Source of the DNA: Endomicrobiales bacterium
GTDB taxonomy: Bacteria; Elusimicrobiota; Endomicrobiia; Endomicrobiales; CAWCFT01
Reading direction: 5' to 3'
Length of the DNA: 64,000 nucleotides
Assembly: GCA_963794945.1 (NCBI GenBank)
Contig: CAWCFT010000001.1
Location: 64,001 to 128,000, forward strand
In this document: positions 63,431 through 64,000 of the stretch, piece by piece
How positions within the stretch are numbered: position 1 is the stretch's first letter
How the letters are laid out: each line of letters opens with the position of its first letter
The notes under the pieces: model-generated
Told to the model about the DNA's origin: nothing
The model's database searches: none
Seen by the model: the letters and a program-made list of their open reading frames with translations, nothing else
Made by a program: the position numbers and the translations under genes

Positions 63431-63509
63431 TTTTGATCCGGCTGTCAGGTTAAATCGAGATAAGATAACGCATTTATTTTTTCGTTGCCATCTCGAACGC
63501 CACTTAAAT

Positions 63510-63574
63510 TGTCATCCCGAACGAATGTGAGGGATCTAGATTTCTCCACGCCTCTTCGTAGGATCGAAATGACA
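63510..63574. repeat. Palindromic family A copy 3
   Basis: TGTCATCCCGAA..GAGGGATCT AGATTTCTC..GGATCGAAATGACA. Confidence 0.8.
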
Positions 63575-63629
63575 TGAACTCACAAACTTCAGCAATAGGC
63601 TCATTGCCCAGCCTTGCGATGATCTGCTC

Positions 63630-64000
63630 TCAATAAACCTCGAACTTGGTCGAGAGGCCGCGTTTTTTCACGCCTCTCCACAGCCAGTTGAAAAATAAGC
63701 CTGTCGCCATAAGGTAGGCGATGTTCAGCAGCGTCGCCTTCCACATTAGCCCCGGCGCGTAGGCTTTTACAAGGACAATGGAACGGAGCTCGGCGAAAAC
63801 GTAAGACGTCGGGAGTATTGCCGCGAAGAACTGCGCGCCACGCGGCAGGGTTTCAACGGGATAGAATACCCCGCTGAACGGCTGGAAAAGAAATGCGAGG
63901 CCCCACGCGACTATCTCCGCCGACTGGCCGAAACGCAAAATTATCGCAGTGGCCACAATGCCTATGCACCAGCCAAACATCAGCAGGTTGAGTATCGCCG
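63630..64000 (-). CDS. ABC-2 type transporter permease (5' end outside window)
   Basis: PFSGVFYPVETLP...ILPTSYVFAELR. Confidence 0.85.
   Translation of the reverse strand, partial: AILNLLMFGWCIGIVATAIILRFGQSAEIVAWGLAFLFQPFSGVFYPVETLPRGAQFFAAILPTSYVFAELRSIVLVKAYAPGLMWKATLLNIAYLMATGLFFNWLWRGVKKRGLSTKFEVY

Overview
Bacterial chromosomal window, probably Elusimicrobiota (inferred from gene content and HrcA N-terminus style; not verifiable here). There are three zones. (1) 1-20.6 kb: hrcA with its CIRCE promoter, and a minus-strand surface-glycan-type cluster rich in radical SAM enzymes (2 SPASM-type, 2 B12-type, GT2, 2 GT4, a GT-C membrane protein, a nucleotidyltransferase). The cluster is interrupted by an island encoding an orphan ParB-like protein, a membrane KAP NTPase and a DUF5677/HEPN-like protein, and it carries several palindromic MITE/REP families. 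One of these is inserted in frame just after a start codon. (2) 20.6-39 kb: housekeeping genes (SPFH/NfeD, lepB, mtnA, proC, yggS, groESL with two CIRCE sites, coaX, two-subunit fumarase, malic enzyme, GAF-HD-GYP, PilB, divergent-type H+-PPase with a structured leader). (3) 39-64 kb: an accessory patchwork of small, functionally unrelated genes punctuated by 8 copies of a conserved 23-bp palindrome (AGRCRGATA-N5-TATCYGCCT). This zone also has two unannotated paralogous leaderless membrane peptides, two near-identical Pho-box-like sites and a duplicated DUF6799 gene plus leader. About 25 genes, including groEL, are split by single-base indels. Many of these fall at GCNGC, which points to long-read assembly errors (possibly a methylation footprint) rather than real pseudogenes. 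No rRNA, tRNA, CRISPR array, integrase or transposase was seen.
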